Part shown: positions 22,410-33,918 of the stretch, piece after piece
How the letters are laid out: the number at the start of each line of letters is the position of its first letter
How positions within the stretch are numbered: position 1 is the stretch's first letter
Assembly (NCBI GenBank): GCA_965207735.1
Contig: OZ242296.1
Coordinates: 2,752,001 to 2,816,000, forward strand
Length of the DNA stretch: 64,000 nt
Direction: 5' to 3'
Origin: Candidatus Versatilivorator sp.
GTDB lineage: Bacteria; Acidobacteriota; Terriglobia; Versatilivoradales; Versatilivoraceae
Made by a program: the position numbers and the translations under genes
Notes under the pieces: model-generated
What the model was told of the DNA's origin: nothing
What the model saw: only the letters and a program-made list of their open reading frames with translations
The model's database searches: none

Positions 22410-24625
22410 TAACGGTGACGCGAACGGTGTCAGTCACAGCGCGATTGCCGCTATAGCCCGGGTTCGAGGCCGTGAGGGTGTAGGTTGTGCCTTGGCCGGG
22501 GCTCACCTTGGTGTCTCCGGATTCGTCATCAAAGGACACCAAGCCGACTCCCTGGTCAATGGAGACATTGGTGGCGTGGGTCGTGGTCCATTTCAGGCTG
22601 GAATCTTCACCTTCATCGATGGTCGAAGGCGACGCGGTAAAACTGTCTACGCTCGGTCGGCTCCAAACGGTGACCGAGACAGTGGCGGTGGCTGCATCGG
22701 CGCCGGTATAGGCCGGATTCGAGGCCATAAGCCTGTAGCTCGTACTCCTGGAGGTTTCGGCTGTAGACGGTTGAGGAGGAGTGACACTTCGCCCTCCTTT
22801 GGAACTGTCAAGCGGAACCGTCCCGATTCCCTGGTTGATGGAGGTGCCGGAAGCATGGCTGGTAGCCCAGATCAGCCTGGTGGATTGCTGCTTTCCAAGG
22901 GTCGAGGAGTCGGCACTGAAACGACCCACGTGTGGCGGTCGCCAAACGGTAATGGTGACGCTGCAGGTGCCGGGATTGCCTCCACCCGAGGCGGTAAACC
23001 GGTAGGTTGTGGATCTGGAGGTTTCAGCCGCTCCAGGCGGAGGCGGTGTAACGGTCCTGCCTCCCGCGGGGCTGTCAAGTGGAACCGTCCCAACACCTTG
23101 ATTGATCGTGACGCTATCGGCGTTAGTGCTGTCCCAACTCAGGGTCGAAGAGCCGCCAAGTTGGATGTTGGTGTCGCCGGCCCCGCAGGCAATGGTCGTC
23201 GCCGCGACGGTTACTGAGGTGCTGTTCAGGTCGTAGCCGTCATAGCGGGAATCGCTACTGTCCACGTCATAGGTAATGGTAGTGCTCCCGACTCTCTGCC
23301 CGGTCACTTTGAAAGCCTGCGCCGTGTTCCAGTTTCCGGTACTGAAGCTCTTTGATCCGGTTACCGTAGCGGTACCGGTGGTCTGGCTGGATGCGTCAAT
23401 GGCTACGGTACCAGTGGGTTGACTACTCAGCCGCGGGCTATAGTAGGTCTTGGTCTGACCGACGAGTACCCTTGTATGCGATGGGGGTTGGGTGATTCCG
23501 GCCGGGGGCTGCGGGACCGTCACCACGTTAACAGCGACGCGAACGGTGTCGGTCGCCGCGCGAGCGCCGCTATAGCCCGGATTCGAGGCCGTGAGGGTGT
23601 AGGTTGTGCCTTGATCGGGGGCAACCGTGGTGTTTCCGGATTCGTCATCAACGGACACCGAGCCGACTCCCTGGTCAATGGAGACATTGGTGGCGTGGGT
23701 CGTGGTCCATTTCAGGCTGGAATTTTCACCTTCATTGATGGTCGAAGGCGACGCGGTGAAACTGTCCACGCTCGGTCGGTTCCAAACAGTGACCGAAACA
23801 GTGGCAGTGGCTGCATCGGCGCCGGAATAGGCCGGATTCGAAGCCGTCAGCCTGTAGCTCGTACTCTTGGAGGTTTCGGCTGTAGACGGTTGAGGAGGAG
23901 TTGCACTCCGACCTCCTTCGGAACTGTCAAGCGGAACCGTCCCGATTCCCTGGTTGATGGAGGCGCCGGAAGCATGGCTGGTAGCCCAGGTCAGCCTGGT
24001 TGTCTGCTGCTCTCTCAGAGTTGCGGGATCGGCGCTGAAACGATCCACGCTCGGCGGCCGCCAAACGGTCAACGTTACGCTGCAGGTGCCGGGATTGCCT
24101 CCACCAGCGGCGGTAAACCGGTAGGTTGTGGACCTGGAGGTTTCAGCCGCTCCAGGCTGAGGAGGTGTAACGGTCCTGCCTCCCACCGGGCTGTCTACCG
24201 GAACCGACCCAACACCTTGGTCAATGGTAACGCTATCGGCGTTAGTGCTGTCCCAACTCAGAGTTGTGGAGCCGCCAAGTTGGATGTTGGTGTCGCCGGC
24301 CCCGCAGGTAATGGAAGTCGCCGCAACGGTTACCGAGGTGCTGTTCAGGTCGTAGCCGTCATAGCGAGAATCGCTACTGCCCACGTCATGAGTGATGGTA
24401 GTGCTCCCTACGCTCTTCCCGGTCACTTTGAAAGCCTGTGCCGTGTTCCAGTTTCCGGTACTGAAGCTCTTTGATCCGGTTACCGTACCGGTACCGGTGG
24501 TCTGGCTGGATGCGTTAATGGTTACGGTGCCGGTGGGTCGACTACTCAGCCGCGGGCTGTAGTAGGTCTTGGTCTGACCGACGAGTACGCTTGTATGCGA
24601 TGGGGGCCGGGTGATTCCGGCTGGC
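22410..24625 (-). repeat. Two-copy ~1,119-bp (373-aa) tandem duplication in the adhesin N-terminal half
   Basis: PAGIT[RQ]PPSHT.VLVGQTKTYYSPRLSS...TDTVRV occurs twice; gtgattccgg at 23492 and 24611. Confidence 0.9.
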
Positions 24626-26269
24626 GTCTGCAGAACAGTCACTGGAAGGCTGTCAATGATCAGTCCCTGATAGTTGAAATCTTCACTGGTGGCTGAGTGG
24701 CTGATGGTTGCTCCGGTGCTGGTGGCGTCAGCGTCGACAGAAACGGTAAAGCTCTGAGTTCTGTTCCAGGTTCCGACATAAAACGTCCGTGAGGAAGGAG
24801 ATACGCGGACATCGCTCCGGCTGCTTGAGGCCCAGACCGTCACCGATGCGGTTGGCACCTCGGTCAAGGACACACTGTAGTTGCCGGATTTCCCCTTTCG
24901 GAGGGAGAGGCCGGAGGAGGGACTGATATTGACTTCGTGGCTGGGGACAAATCGGTCCAGTACGGTCACGGTCAGGCTCGACAAGGCATTGGCAGTAGCC
25001 GCCTTCGGGTTTGCTGCTACCCCCCGCCTGTCGGAAGGCGCGCGAACAGAATGACTCACGGTGGCTCGGTCATCCTCGGCATCGGCATCCTTGATCGCCT
25101 CTACCGTGATCGTTCGGGGGCTGTCCCAGTCGTCTGCGGTAAAAGCGAGCGAATCGGGTTTGATCCTTATGTCGCTGTTGGTTGTCGTAATATCCAGCGT
25201 GATTTCGGCAGACGGTTGCGCATCCAGATGCACCTTGTAGAAGCCTTTTCCACCCTCGTCGATGGTCAGGCTCGACTTTGAAATGCGTATCTGTGCTGTG
25301 GCTTCGCCGACGAGAAGGGACAGCACCAAACAGATCCAAATTCCGCCGACCGTGAGCCTGCAATTGCGTTTCATAACCTCCCCCCAACCGTCTCCGGAAG
25401 GAACCTTTTCGTACCCTTCCTGGTCCTTGCGCGCGGAAATGCCGTGAGAGGGAGGTCGGCTTCATCGAAAGTCAGGACAAAAAATGAAATCAGGACGTGC
25501 TTGGCCGTTGCTTCGACCGGAATAGGCCAAGCGCTAAACTCGACGGTTCAGTGGAAACTCAACCGTCCGTTTGTGTCGTTGAGGGAGCTTGGTTGTGAGG
25601 GAGACTTACTGCGATCAGGTTTCGGCCAGCCTTCCTCGAAAACCCGATTTTCTACATGCGTCAGGGCACACCTGTAGTCGGAAGATGTCCCACGAAAGAG
25701 AGTTCAATGATTTGTGCGTTTCATCCTCAACGCTCGGCGCCGAGGGCAATGGCTGTCAAAACGTGGATATTCGAATTCCACGAATCGATGTGAGGGAGTT
25801 ATTCCGCATTTCTGATCGCGAGAGGCTGTCCTCTCCAAATTGTCTTCACGTCCCAGCAGTCAGTGGCAGAATCGTAACCCTCTACAAACAGGGCCTCTTC
25901 CGCAAACCGCAAACCCCCGTGCCGCGTCATCTGAACCACCATGCGGACCCCGTCAACGATGCTACGGCAGGTCACGCTCCAAGGAAGCCGGCCGGTTGCC
26001 TGCGCGGCACAACCGGCAAGCCTCGCCAGAGCCGTTTGAGCGCTATTGGCATGGATGGTAGTCAGCGACCCACCGTGGCCGGTATTGAGGGCTTGCAAGA
26101 GGTCCGCGGCTTCCCCACCGCGGACCTCGCCCATGACGATGTGATCCGGTCGGTGGCGCAGCGCGTGTCGTACCAAGTTCCGAATCGTCACCGTGTCCTT
26201 GAGTCCACGAGCCTCGAATCGAAGACAGTTGCTGCGTTTAATGTGCAACTCCAGCACATCTTCTATAGT

Positions 26270-27756
26270 GAGCCTTTTGCAAAATTCGGAATCGGGCATG
26301 ACATTGGGCTGGCAACAGTGATGTTCCGGCGGTGACTACCCAGCTGCAAAGACCCTTTTGAAGGAAAAAGCCCGAATCTGATGGCCGGATGGCCAGCGGT
26401 CGCCGGACGCAGGCACAGCTTACCCTCTCCCGGCCTTGAGGCGGGCGAACCTGCTGTGCGGTTGGGGGTGGCAACCCGGTCTTCAGAGCGTCAGGCGCAT
26501 CAACTGATCCACCGTCAGGGCCAGAATGCCGAACATCAGGTGGCACCTCACCTTGTCGGGGCCGCGAACCCTCACCTGCCTCCCGCCAAACTCCTCCTTG
26601 AGCCGTCCGTTGACCCGCTCCACCGTCGAGCGTTCCCGGTAGCGCCGCGCCTCGGGAGTCACTTGGCCGATACAGCGCCGGGCCAGTGCCTCCCGCTTCC
26701 GCTCGGCTTTCAAGGTAGCTCTTCGGCGGGGGTTGACGTCAATAATCGGCACATGCCCCAGCTTCTCACTGAAGGCCCGGATCTCCGGCGCATCGTAGGC
26801 GCTGTCCATCAAGTCGTAGAGACTCTCGACCCGCCTTGCCGTCAGCGTCGCCAGCGGAATGGCTGCCTGAGAGTCATGCACCGAGGCCGAGGTCAGCAGA
26901 CAACTGACCGGAATCCCGCCGTCAATGGCGTCGAGGTGTAGCTTGTAGCCGGTCCAGCTCTCCTGATGCCCCTTGGCGTTGCGCTTGACGCCGATGTCGC
27001 AGGCCTTGGGCAACTCCTTCAACATTTCCTCCAGCGTCATCGACCCCTGCCGCTCCAGCCGGCTCAACCGCTTGGGCCGTCGCTCGCCCTTCGGCGGCCG
27101 GCCCCGCCGGCGTTTCCGCTTGGCCTCCGGCGCAGCCTTGGCCGCTGGCTTTTCCCGTCCCGCAATCGCCGTCGAGTCCCTCGACACATGCCCCGCCAAG
27201 TGGCCCTTCAGCGTCTCCTCCAGCAATGCCTCGTGCAAACGCCCCGGCAGGTCGCTCTCAGCGAATTCCGCAAAGGCCCGCGAGAAGGTCGACTCGCTCG
27301 GTACCTCCCACGCCCTCTCCCAGCCGCACAGCCGCCGCAGCCTCCCCTCACTCCTCAGCCGCTCCACCAATCCCCGCGTGGTCGCCACCTCCAGCATCGA
27401 CTTCGCCAGATAGGCTCGCGCCAGCACTGCCCGATCCTCCAGCGGCCGGCCACGCCAGCCCCGACTGTAAGGCAGCAACTCCTCCACCCGCACCAACTCC
27501 AATACCTGCACCAGCCGCTGGTAACGCTCTCCCAGAGGCCCCAAAACTTCCTCCAGCAGGGGAAACAGCTCTCGTTGAAACCGGAACCAGTGTCGTGATA
27601 GGGTTTCCCTAAGGGGCAAGTTCCACCTCCGTTCATCATGTGGTTCAGACACCTTCATGATACAACAGACAGTGGTCTTGCCCCTCCTTCCACCTGCCCT
27701 CCTTGATCTTTCCCCACGTGAAAATTCCCGCTATCTGCGAATTTTGCAAAAGGCTC
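26270..27756 (-). mobile_element. IS5/IS1182-like insertion sequence, 1,487 bp
   Basis: Perfect 19-bp terminal IR GAGCCTTTTGCAAAATTCG; 4-bp target duplication TAGT at 26266-26269 and 27757-27760. Confidence 0.9.
26483..27658 (-). CDS. DDE transposase (IS5/IS1182-like)
   Basis: PSESTFSR, SRDSTAI, GYKLHL, TSASVHDS, LMDSAYD, RSTVERVNGRLK; exact start uncertain. Confidence 0.9.
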   Translation of the reverse strand: MKVSEPHDERRWNLPLRETLSRHWFRFQRELFPLLEEVLGPLGERYQRLVQVLELVRVEELLPYSRGWRGRPLEDRAVLARAYLAKSMLEVATTRGLVERLRSEGRLRRLCGWERAWEVPSESTFSRAFAEFAESDLPGRLHEALLEETLKGHLAGHVSRDSTAIAGREKPAAKAAPEAKRKRRRGRPPKGERRPKRLSRLERQGSMTLEEMLKELPKACDIGVKRNAKGHQESWTGYKLHLDAIDGGIPVSCLLTSASVHDSQAAIPLATLTARRVESLYDLMDSAYDAPEIRAFSEKLGHVPIIDVNPRRRATLKAERKREALARRCIGQVTPEARRYRERSTVERVNGRLKEEFGGRQVRVRGPDKVRCHLMFGILALTVDQLMRLTL

Positions 27757-28292
27757 TAGTGATAATGCGTTCCTTCTCGGGCAACAAGCCGATCAGAGCA
27801 TTGAGGAGAGTCGTTTTTCCGCTCCCGGTCCCTCCTGAAACAAGGATGTTCTGACGCGCCCGCAGCGTGTTCGCGGCTTCATACAGAATCTCTTTAGCCA
27901 ATACCCCCTGGCGTATCAGATCGTCCGTCGAGAAAGACCGCCCCCCAAAACGCCTTACTGTGATCGCTACAATCGGACTGGCTGGAGGCATGCAGATCGC
28001 CACCCGGGAACCATCGTCCAGGCGGGCATCCACCAGGGGCGAGAGAGCAGGGTCCAGACCAAGGGGACGAGCAATATGGATGGCGGCCCGCCCCAAGGCT
28101 TTGGAATCGAGGTCCGGTGCCGGCCAAGGATCCACTTTCCCATCCTTCTCGATCCAGACGTTGCCCGGCCCGTTAATCATTATTTCGCTGACCTGCTGAT
28201 CCTCAAGCACCTTCTCCAGTCCCGGCAACAGAGGCTTGAGCATTTCGATTCCACTGGCGTTCATGGTGTTACATCCCTTGTTTGTTCCGTTG

Positions 28293-28952
28293 TCATTCCG
28301 ATATCAGAGCCCGGTCCGCCTGCAGGTATGTGATGACGATGCCCATCGGGTTGTAAACCATCAAATCAGGGGGGATTCGGCTGATATGGGAAAATTGCAG
28401 GGAAAGAGACCACTTTTCTCGCCCCACTTCCTTTTCCTGCCGGATGCGCACCATTTCAAAGTCGGCAGTCGCTCCATGGGGCGGCGACCGATTGGCATGG
28501 ATACGCAGTACGATGTTCTCGACTTTGGTCTCTTCCGGAGCCGCCCGAGCCGCCACTAGCGCAATATTCCTGTTTTCGTCCTGGAATGCGGCATTGGCCA
28601 GGTCGGTGGTCAGAAAGCGCAGGCTGCGGGTCCAGCGTTGCTGTACCGTGGCGGCCCGGCGGGAGTAGTGGTCGTGGATGAAGCGATTCAAGAAGTACTT
28701 GGTGGTAGGATCGAGAGGGTCGGATTTGGCCTCGACTGCCTTGTATTGCAGAGCTTCGGCCCGGCCAACCTCGTCCACGCGCACCACGATAGGGCGGGGC
28801 ATCTCCCGAAAACCCAGGCGCACCACTACCACCGCCAGCAACAGGGTGAGTCCGCCAAGCCCCAAGGAGAGAAGGCGCAGGTGACGATTGGAGCTCACGG
28901 TTTCGCCCCAGATTTCAGCGTATTCACGGTCCGTGTCTTTGGAGGGCATCAT
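28293..28952 (-). CDS. VirB8/TrbF family T4SS inner-membrane protein
   Basis: N-terminal TM, PIVVRVDEVGRA, C-terminal NPMGIVITY. Confidence 0.85.
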   Translation of the reverse strand: MMPSKDTDREYAEIWGETVSSNRHLRLLSLGLGGLTLLLAVVVVRLGFREMPRPIVVRVDEVGRAEALQYKAVEAKSDPLDPTTKYFLNRFIHDHYSRRAATVQQRWTRSLRFLTTDLANAAFQDENRNIALVAARAAPEETKVENIVLRIHANRSPPHGATADFEMVRIRQEKEVGREKWSLSLQFSHISRIPPDLMVYNPMGIVITYLQADRALISE

Positions 28953-29941
28953 CGCCTGGAAACAGCTCTCGATTGACTCCTGGCAGCTTTACCGGCCCGA
29001 TGGACGGTCGCGGAAAAACTCCCGGATCCAGTGAAGCCAGTTCCTGAAATCAGTAGCGAAGCCATCTCTCCCACTTTGCAGGCCGCCAGGATTCCGGCGG
29101 CGCAAAGAGGGAGGAGAATCAGCGACCAGTAAACGACCGCGGCAAAGTTGTCCAGGGGCGGTGAATGGCTGAAAGTCGTGACATAGCCTAGACCAACGCC
29201 GCCCCATATTCGAAGGATGGCTCCCGCGATTGCAGCGTATAGAGAATAGGTGAGCACCGTCCGAAACCACCCCCAGAACAGGAATGCCATTGGTTCGAAT
29301 ACCAGCCAGGGGATGAATATGGGGCCGAGCAGAATAGAGATGGACACGGCCAAGTGCCCCCAGAGAACTTGTGCATAGGTGATGAAGAACAGGGCCATCA
29401 GGAGTAGGCCGAAAAAGACGAATGCTACCGATGGAATTGCCTGTGTGACTGCGGCATATGCCGTGGAGGGTGACAGATCGTTGAAATCGATCTGCTGCCA
29501 TGCCGCCAGAATAGCGCTACCCTGCTGGGTGAACAGGTAGTTGAGTTCAGTGTGCATCCCGGAGACGATGTCGGAGACAAACATGTTCTGCAGCCAGATC
29601 CCTTGTTCCACCACGATCTGAGGAAAAGTAGAGGTGGTGTGAGGCAGAGTCTGAGTGTAGTAGTGGAGCATGGTCTTGGGAATACTCAGAACGATGACGA
29701 GCTTCACGATCTCCCAGGGATTGAAGGTGCCGCTGAAGGCTGCCTGCAATCCGGCCCAGCTCACCGCAATGGTGGCAATTGCCAACCACAATTCGTCGCC
29801 CGCCTGGATAATGCTGGGCGAAGCCGCACCCACAGCGTCATCCAACACCCTGTCGAGGAATACCTTGAAATTCTGTTGCTGTTCCTCGGGGATAATCGCC
29901 GGAACATTGGGGTCGATCGATTGTGGCGGACGGAGCTGCAT
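28949..29941 (-). CDS. VirB6/TrbL family T4SS membrane protein
   Basis: Polytopic; LLGPIFIPWLVFEPMAFLFWGW motif; operon position. Confidence 0.85.
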   Translation of the reverse strand: MQLRPPQSIDPNVPAIIPEEQQQNFKVFLDRVLDDAVGAASPSIIQAGDELWLAIATIAVSWAGLQAAFSGTFNPWEIVKLVIVLSIPKTMLHYYTQTLPHTTSTFPQIVVEQGIWLQNMFVSDIVSGMHTELNYLFTQQGSAILAAWQQIDFNDLSPSTAYAAVTQAIPSVAFVFFGLLLMALFFITYAQVLWGHLAVSISILLGPIFIPWLVFEPMAFLFWGWFRTVLTYSLYAAIAGAILRIWGGVGLGYVTTFSHSPPLDNFAAVVYWSLILLPLCAAGILAACKVGEMASLLISGTGFTGSGSFSATVHRAGKAARSQSRAVSRR

Positions 29942-29953
29942 AGGATCGAGTCC

Positions 29954-30862
29954 TTACTGTGAACCGCCAAAGGCGGAAGGAATCCGGTAGACCAAGCCTT
30001 CCCGCAGTACCTCGGCGCTGGCGGCAATGTCCGCCTGCTGCTTTTCGAAGAGAGCCTTCCCTGCCTCCTGACGCCGCTGCCACTGCTTCCATTGCTGACG
30101 CCGCGTGAGTTCGTCCTGGTAATCTCGAGCGGCTTCCCGGGCAGCCTGAAAGGCCATCAACTGCGCCATGGAGGATAGAAGCTCGCCTTGGGTCGCTAGA
30201 CCTGTCACCTGGGCCTGAGCCAGGGCGGTGTCCGAGACATTGGTGTTGGACCGCAGTTTCCGGAGAGACTCTTGCGCGCTGGTGGTGGTTTCGATCAAGG
30301 CCGTTGCCGAGTCGTCAACCAGGTAGGTGGTCACGCGCTGCTTGTCGGCTTTTTCCTGTTCCTGGCGGTATTGATCCGAAACCTGGGCCGCCACTTGGGG
30401 ATCCAGATGGCTCAATAGCTCAACGATGTCTTCCTGGTTGGTTTGATATTGATTCAGGATCCTCCTCCAGCTTTCCCTCAACGGTTTGCCGGAGGACAGC
30501 TTTTTGGCAGCGGCAACCAACTCTCTGGCCGACCCGGTGAATTCCGTCTGCCACTGCATCGCCTCGACCACCAGGTCAGTGGGACCCGCAACCAGCTCTG
30601 CGAAAGACTCCTCGAGAGCTCCGATCCGTCCCAATGCAGCCTCCTTCATGTGGGTGATCTGTTCCTTCGTCTTGGTGAGTTGTTCGGTGAAGTGCTTGAT
30701 TTGGGTGACTTGGTTGACGATTTGCATTCTCTCGTTCAGTCTTTGAAGGATCTGGTTGGCGATCATCTGGGCTCGTTGGGCGGCCGCAACGGGGTCAATA
30801 CTGTAGAGGGGGGCGGCGCAGAGGCTGACGAGCAGCACCAGGGATACGATTGTCTTTTTCAT
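29954..30862 (-). CDS. VirB5/TrbJ-like secreted coiled-coil protein
   Basis: Signal peptide MKKTIVSLVLLVSLCAAP; Gln-rich helical body; directly upstream of virB6. Confidence 0.6.
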   Translation of the reverse strand: MKKTIVSLVLLVSLCAAPLYSIDPVAAAQRAQMIANQILQRLNERMQIVNQVTQIKHFTEQLTKTKEQITHMKEAALGRIGALEESFAELVAGPTDLVVEAMQWQTEFTGSARELVAAAKKLSSGKPLRESWRRILNQYQTNQEDIVELLSHLDPQVAAQVSDQYRQEQEKADKQRVTTYLVDDSATALIETTTSAQESLRKLRSNTNVSDTALAQAQVTGLATQGELLSSMAQLMAFQAAREAARDYQDELTRRQQWKQWQRRQEAGKALFEKQQADIAASAEVLREGLVYRIPSAFGGSQ

Positions 30863-32189
30863 GGCTGTTCTCTTCCTTTCCTGGGTTTGATTTGGGCACC
30901 AGCACATCGGAAGCAAACCAGATTCGCAACCGATGACCGGCCCGGATGGTAATGGTGGGTAGACGATTGAGAAAGCGCCGCAGTATTTGGGTTGCGGCCA
31001 AGCCAAACCCCTGGCCTGCCCCGGCTCGAAATCCCTGGATCCCCCCGCCGTAGGAATTGCTTCCCTGCAAGGAGAGTCCTGACAACACACCTACGGCTCC
31101 GGCGGCTGCAAACATCGATACAAAGTGACGGTCGACCTGGTCCTTGAGAGCCGACTCGCCCACTTGGTTGAGTCCCCGGAATTCAAGCGAAATCCATCGC
31201 CCGTCGGGGAGAAACAATCGGTCGAAGGTCACGGCCAGCCGTTGCTGATCAGCGTGAGCGACCTCCCGGGCCGTGCCGACGGCCCGCGCTCCCCGCGGCA
31301 CCAGGACACGCTGGCGATCTTGAGAGTAGAACGGCACCGATACCATGGCCAGCACCGGTCCGGGGAAGTCTCCCGAGAGTTGGGTCAACAAGACACCCTC
31401 CAGGAAGGACCCCTGGTAAATCCGCTCCCAACCCGGCGGGTCCGAGGGCCGGAATAACTTGGAAGGGCGCGTTGGGTCCGCGAAGGACCCTTGGGTAACT
31501 GCCGCGGAAGGATCCGGGAGCGCAGACCTGGCAGGGGCGCCGGGCAGCCCATTCGAACTGGCGCTGAAAGAGTTCAGGGCGGCACTGAGGTCAGCCACGA
31601 CATCCCGCAGTTCCGATTCCTCGGTGGAGGGAACCGTTGAGATTTGCGCTGGCCGGATTGCAACCGAACCGGCCGCCGGCGTGGAAAATTTTCCCTCCGT
31701 ATCCCGCGCGGATCGGTGGGTTTGAGCTAACGGCCGGGAACGAAGGGATCTGGTTTGTCTCTCGATGTCCTCCAGCCGTAGCGTCTCTCGCAGCTTGAGC
31801 TCGTCCTCACTCGCACCCGGATCCGAGTTGACAAGCGTCTCTGCGGCTACCCGGAGAACCGGGATCATCGCGGCCTGATTCAGTTCATCGGTGGTTGCGG
31901 GCGCTGGCGTTTGTCGTTGCGGTCTGTCCACTGCCGCGGCGGCAAGCCGCTGCTCCTGCCTTTCGGTTTCCCTGTCGATAAGAGCACTAAGGTGTCGTTG
32001 AACACCTTGATTTGCGGGTTGTGCGCTCGCATCGGGACTTGCGGCGGGATCTCGGTTCGTCTTGGTGAACGAATGGGTGAGCATCAGCGCCCCACCGAGC
32101 ACGGCAATGGTGCCGACGCCGATTCGGGTCATCAGGCTGCCGGGGAGGGCTCCGGCCGGCTTAGAGTGTATTCGTTTCCACTGAATCAT
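30795..32189 (-). CDS. virB10: VirB10/TrbI family T4SS core protein
   Basis: GSFLEGVLLTQLSGDFPGPV, VLVPRGARAVG, LKDQVDRHF, PTITIRAGHRLRI. Confidence 0.9.
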   Translation of the reverse strand: MIQWKRIHSKPAGALPGSLMTRIGVGTIAVLGGALMLTHSFTKTNRDPAASPDASAQPANQGVQRHLSALIDRETERQEQRLAAAAVDRPQRQTPAPATTDELNQAAMIPVLRVAAETLVNSDPGASEDELKLRETLRLEDIERQTRSLRSRPLAQTHRSARDTEGKFSTPAAGSVAIRPAQISTVPSTEESELRDVVADLSAALNSFSASSNGLPGAPARSALPDPSAAVTQGSFADPTRPSKLFRPSDPPGWERIYQGSFLEGVLLTQLSGDFPGPVLAMVSVPFYSQDRQRVLVPRGARAVGTAREVAHADQQRLAVTFDRLFLPDGRWISLEFRGLNQVGESALKDQVDRHFVSMFAAAGAVGVLSGLSLQGSNSYGGGIQGFRAGAGQGFGLAATQILRRFLNRLPTITIRAGHRLRIWFASDVLVPKSNPGKEENSHEKDNRIPGAARQPLRRPPLQY

Positions 32190-32197
32190 GGTTCTTG

Positions 32198-33058
32198 CTA
32201 CGGCTGTAGTCCCGCATCCACAAACCGCCACTTGGCTCTATTCTTCCCTATGGCAAGCCAGCCATCACCCAAGACGTGCCGTACCACATAGAGTCCATCT
32301 TGGCTGAGGTCGTAGGACACCAAGCTGGGCGATCCATCCTTTAACTCGTATAGCGCCGGGGCTTCCTGTGCCCGACAGCGCAGATAGGTGAATTGACCAT
32401 CGTGCCAAAGGGCCTCTACCAGGAACGGCCGCTCAAATGCCCGCTTCTCGAGACGGTACGGCCACTTCAAGCGAGCCGGATAGGCAGAGCGAAATTGGTC
32501 GATTGTCTTGGTTGCCTCTTGCTTTGCCTCGTTAACCCGGGCTTCCGCATGAGTCTTGGCGGCCAGCGCGGCCTCGTTTGCTTGCCGAGCCGCGTGCTGG
32601 TATCCCTCTACCATGTTGCGGGAAACGAACGCCGGCTTGTGCGGCGACTCGGCAGCACGGCCGGCCCCACCTGCGATTCTTTCGATTCGAACCACGAGGT
32701 GAGGAGACTCGGCGCCTTCGCTCGCCAGAAAGGCGTATATCCGACCGCTGGCGCAAACCAGCGTCACGTTGGTGCGCACACCTGTAGCGATGGGTTTGAG
32801 GTAGGCCAGGTTGGCGGCCCCGCTAAGGTGCCAATAGTCGGAGTCGCCGACCACGAAGTCCAGGATGTTCTCCGTCTTCGGGAGAACCAGCACGGTCGTA
32901 TGTCGAATCTTGGCCCGGATCTCGATAATCTGATCCTGCCGTTCCTTGATTCGAAGCACGCCACTTGCGGTGGCGACGCCTGACAGCAACGTCCAGCAGA
33001 CCACCACGAACGCGACGGTTGGAGCCGTGACTCTCCTGGGAAGCCTTGCATTCACCAT
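32198..33058 (-). CDS. virB9: VirB9/TrbG family T4SS core protein
   Basis: Signal peptide, FVVGDSDYW, YLKP, WHDGQFTY, PALYE. Confidence 0.88.
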   Translation of the reverse strand: MVNARLPRRVTAPTVAFVVVCWTLLSGVATASGVLRIKERQDQIIEIRAKIRHTTVLVLPKTENILDFVVGDSDYWHLSGAANLAYLKPIATGVRTNVTLVCASGRIYAFLASEGAESPHLVVRIERIAGGAGRAAESPHKPAFVSRNMVEGYQHAARQANEAALAAKTHAEARVNEAKQEATKTIDQFRSAYPARLKWPYRLEKRAFERPFLVEALWHDGQFTYLRCRAQEAPALYELKDGSPSLVSYDLSQDGLYVVRHVLGDGWLAIGKNRAKWRFVDAGLQP

Positions 33059-33918
33059 GCCACCCCCTCGGACAACCGTTCAATGCCCTGTTCCAACCCG
33101 AATCGCTTGATGAATTCTCCCCGCTTTTCCGCATCCGGCGGCGAGGAGGTATAGAGCCAATAGCTCTTTGGATCCACGTTTAGCCGCAGCACTCCGGTTG
33201 ATTTGGGGCGCCTCAGGTAGAGCTCCCTCTTGGGAACCAGTTCTCTGATGAGTTCAAGCTCCCGTTCATTGAGCCGAAACACCTGGCCGGCCTGAGACGG
33301 CAAATCCGGGTTGGCCAGAAATATCTTGGTCGGCATGGACTCCAGCAGTGCTTCGGCGCCTGCCGTTCCGGTGATATCCACTGCCGACTGGGTGGCCATG
33401 ACCAGGGCCGCATTGCGCTTGCGCCAGGTTTTTGCAGATTCGGCCAAATAAGCCACAACGGCGGGGTCGCGCAGATAACGCCAGGCCTCGTCCACTACCA
33501 TGAGCTTCACCCGGGCGATGTCGGCGGGGTCTTCCAGCTCCAGGCGCAGGCGCTCCAGCAGGTAGAACAGGGCTGCTTCGCAGAGGTCTTCATGTTCCGC
33601 CGCTCCGGCCAGATCGATGACCTGCCAGTCTTTCAGATCGAGATCCGCCCCGGCGGCGGAGTGGTCGAAATAGCCCGCCCAAGCTCCATCGCCGTGCCAG
33701 CGCGACATTGCCGGCCACATCTTGCTGGGAAGGGCTCGCACCAGGGCGCCTAATGTGCGCCGTTCCGGAGAAAACAGATAGAGGTCCTGGATGCGGCTGC
33801 GAATTTCGTTGGTATCGTCACCTTCCACCGTCCACCCGCCCAGTCGCAACAGGCGAACCATCCAACCCGTGAGGAATTGATAGGTCCGCTCGGTGGGAGG
33901 CAGGGAAAACGGCCTTAG

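Larger units (their letters stand above)
14464..25374 (-). pseudogene. Giant repeat adhesin / autotransporter-like surface protein (~3,636 codons) split by one in-frame TAG at 20419-20421
   Basis: ORFs 20419..25374 and 14464..20409 are in the same frame; Sec signal (..GEATA-Q); Calx-beta/cadherin-like acidic beta-sandwich repeats; C-terminal amphipathic beta-barrel ending in Phe (RMSIPF). Confidence 0.8.
25799..28264 (-). pseudogene. virB11: VirB11/TrbB secretion ATPase interrupted by an IS (pieces 27757..28264 and 25799..26269)
   Basis: [46 protein letters not shown]; removing the IS and one TAGT restores ERIITIEDVLEL in frame. Confidence 0.93.
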
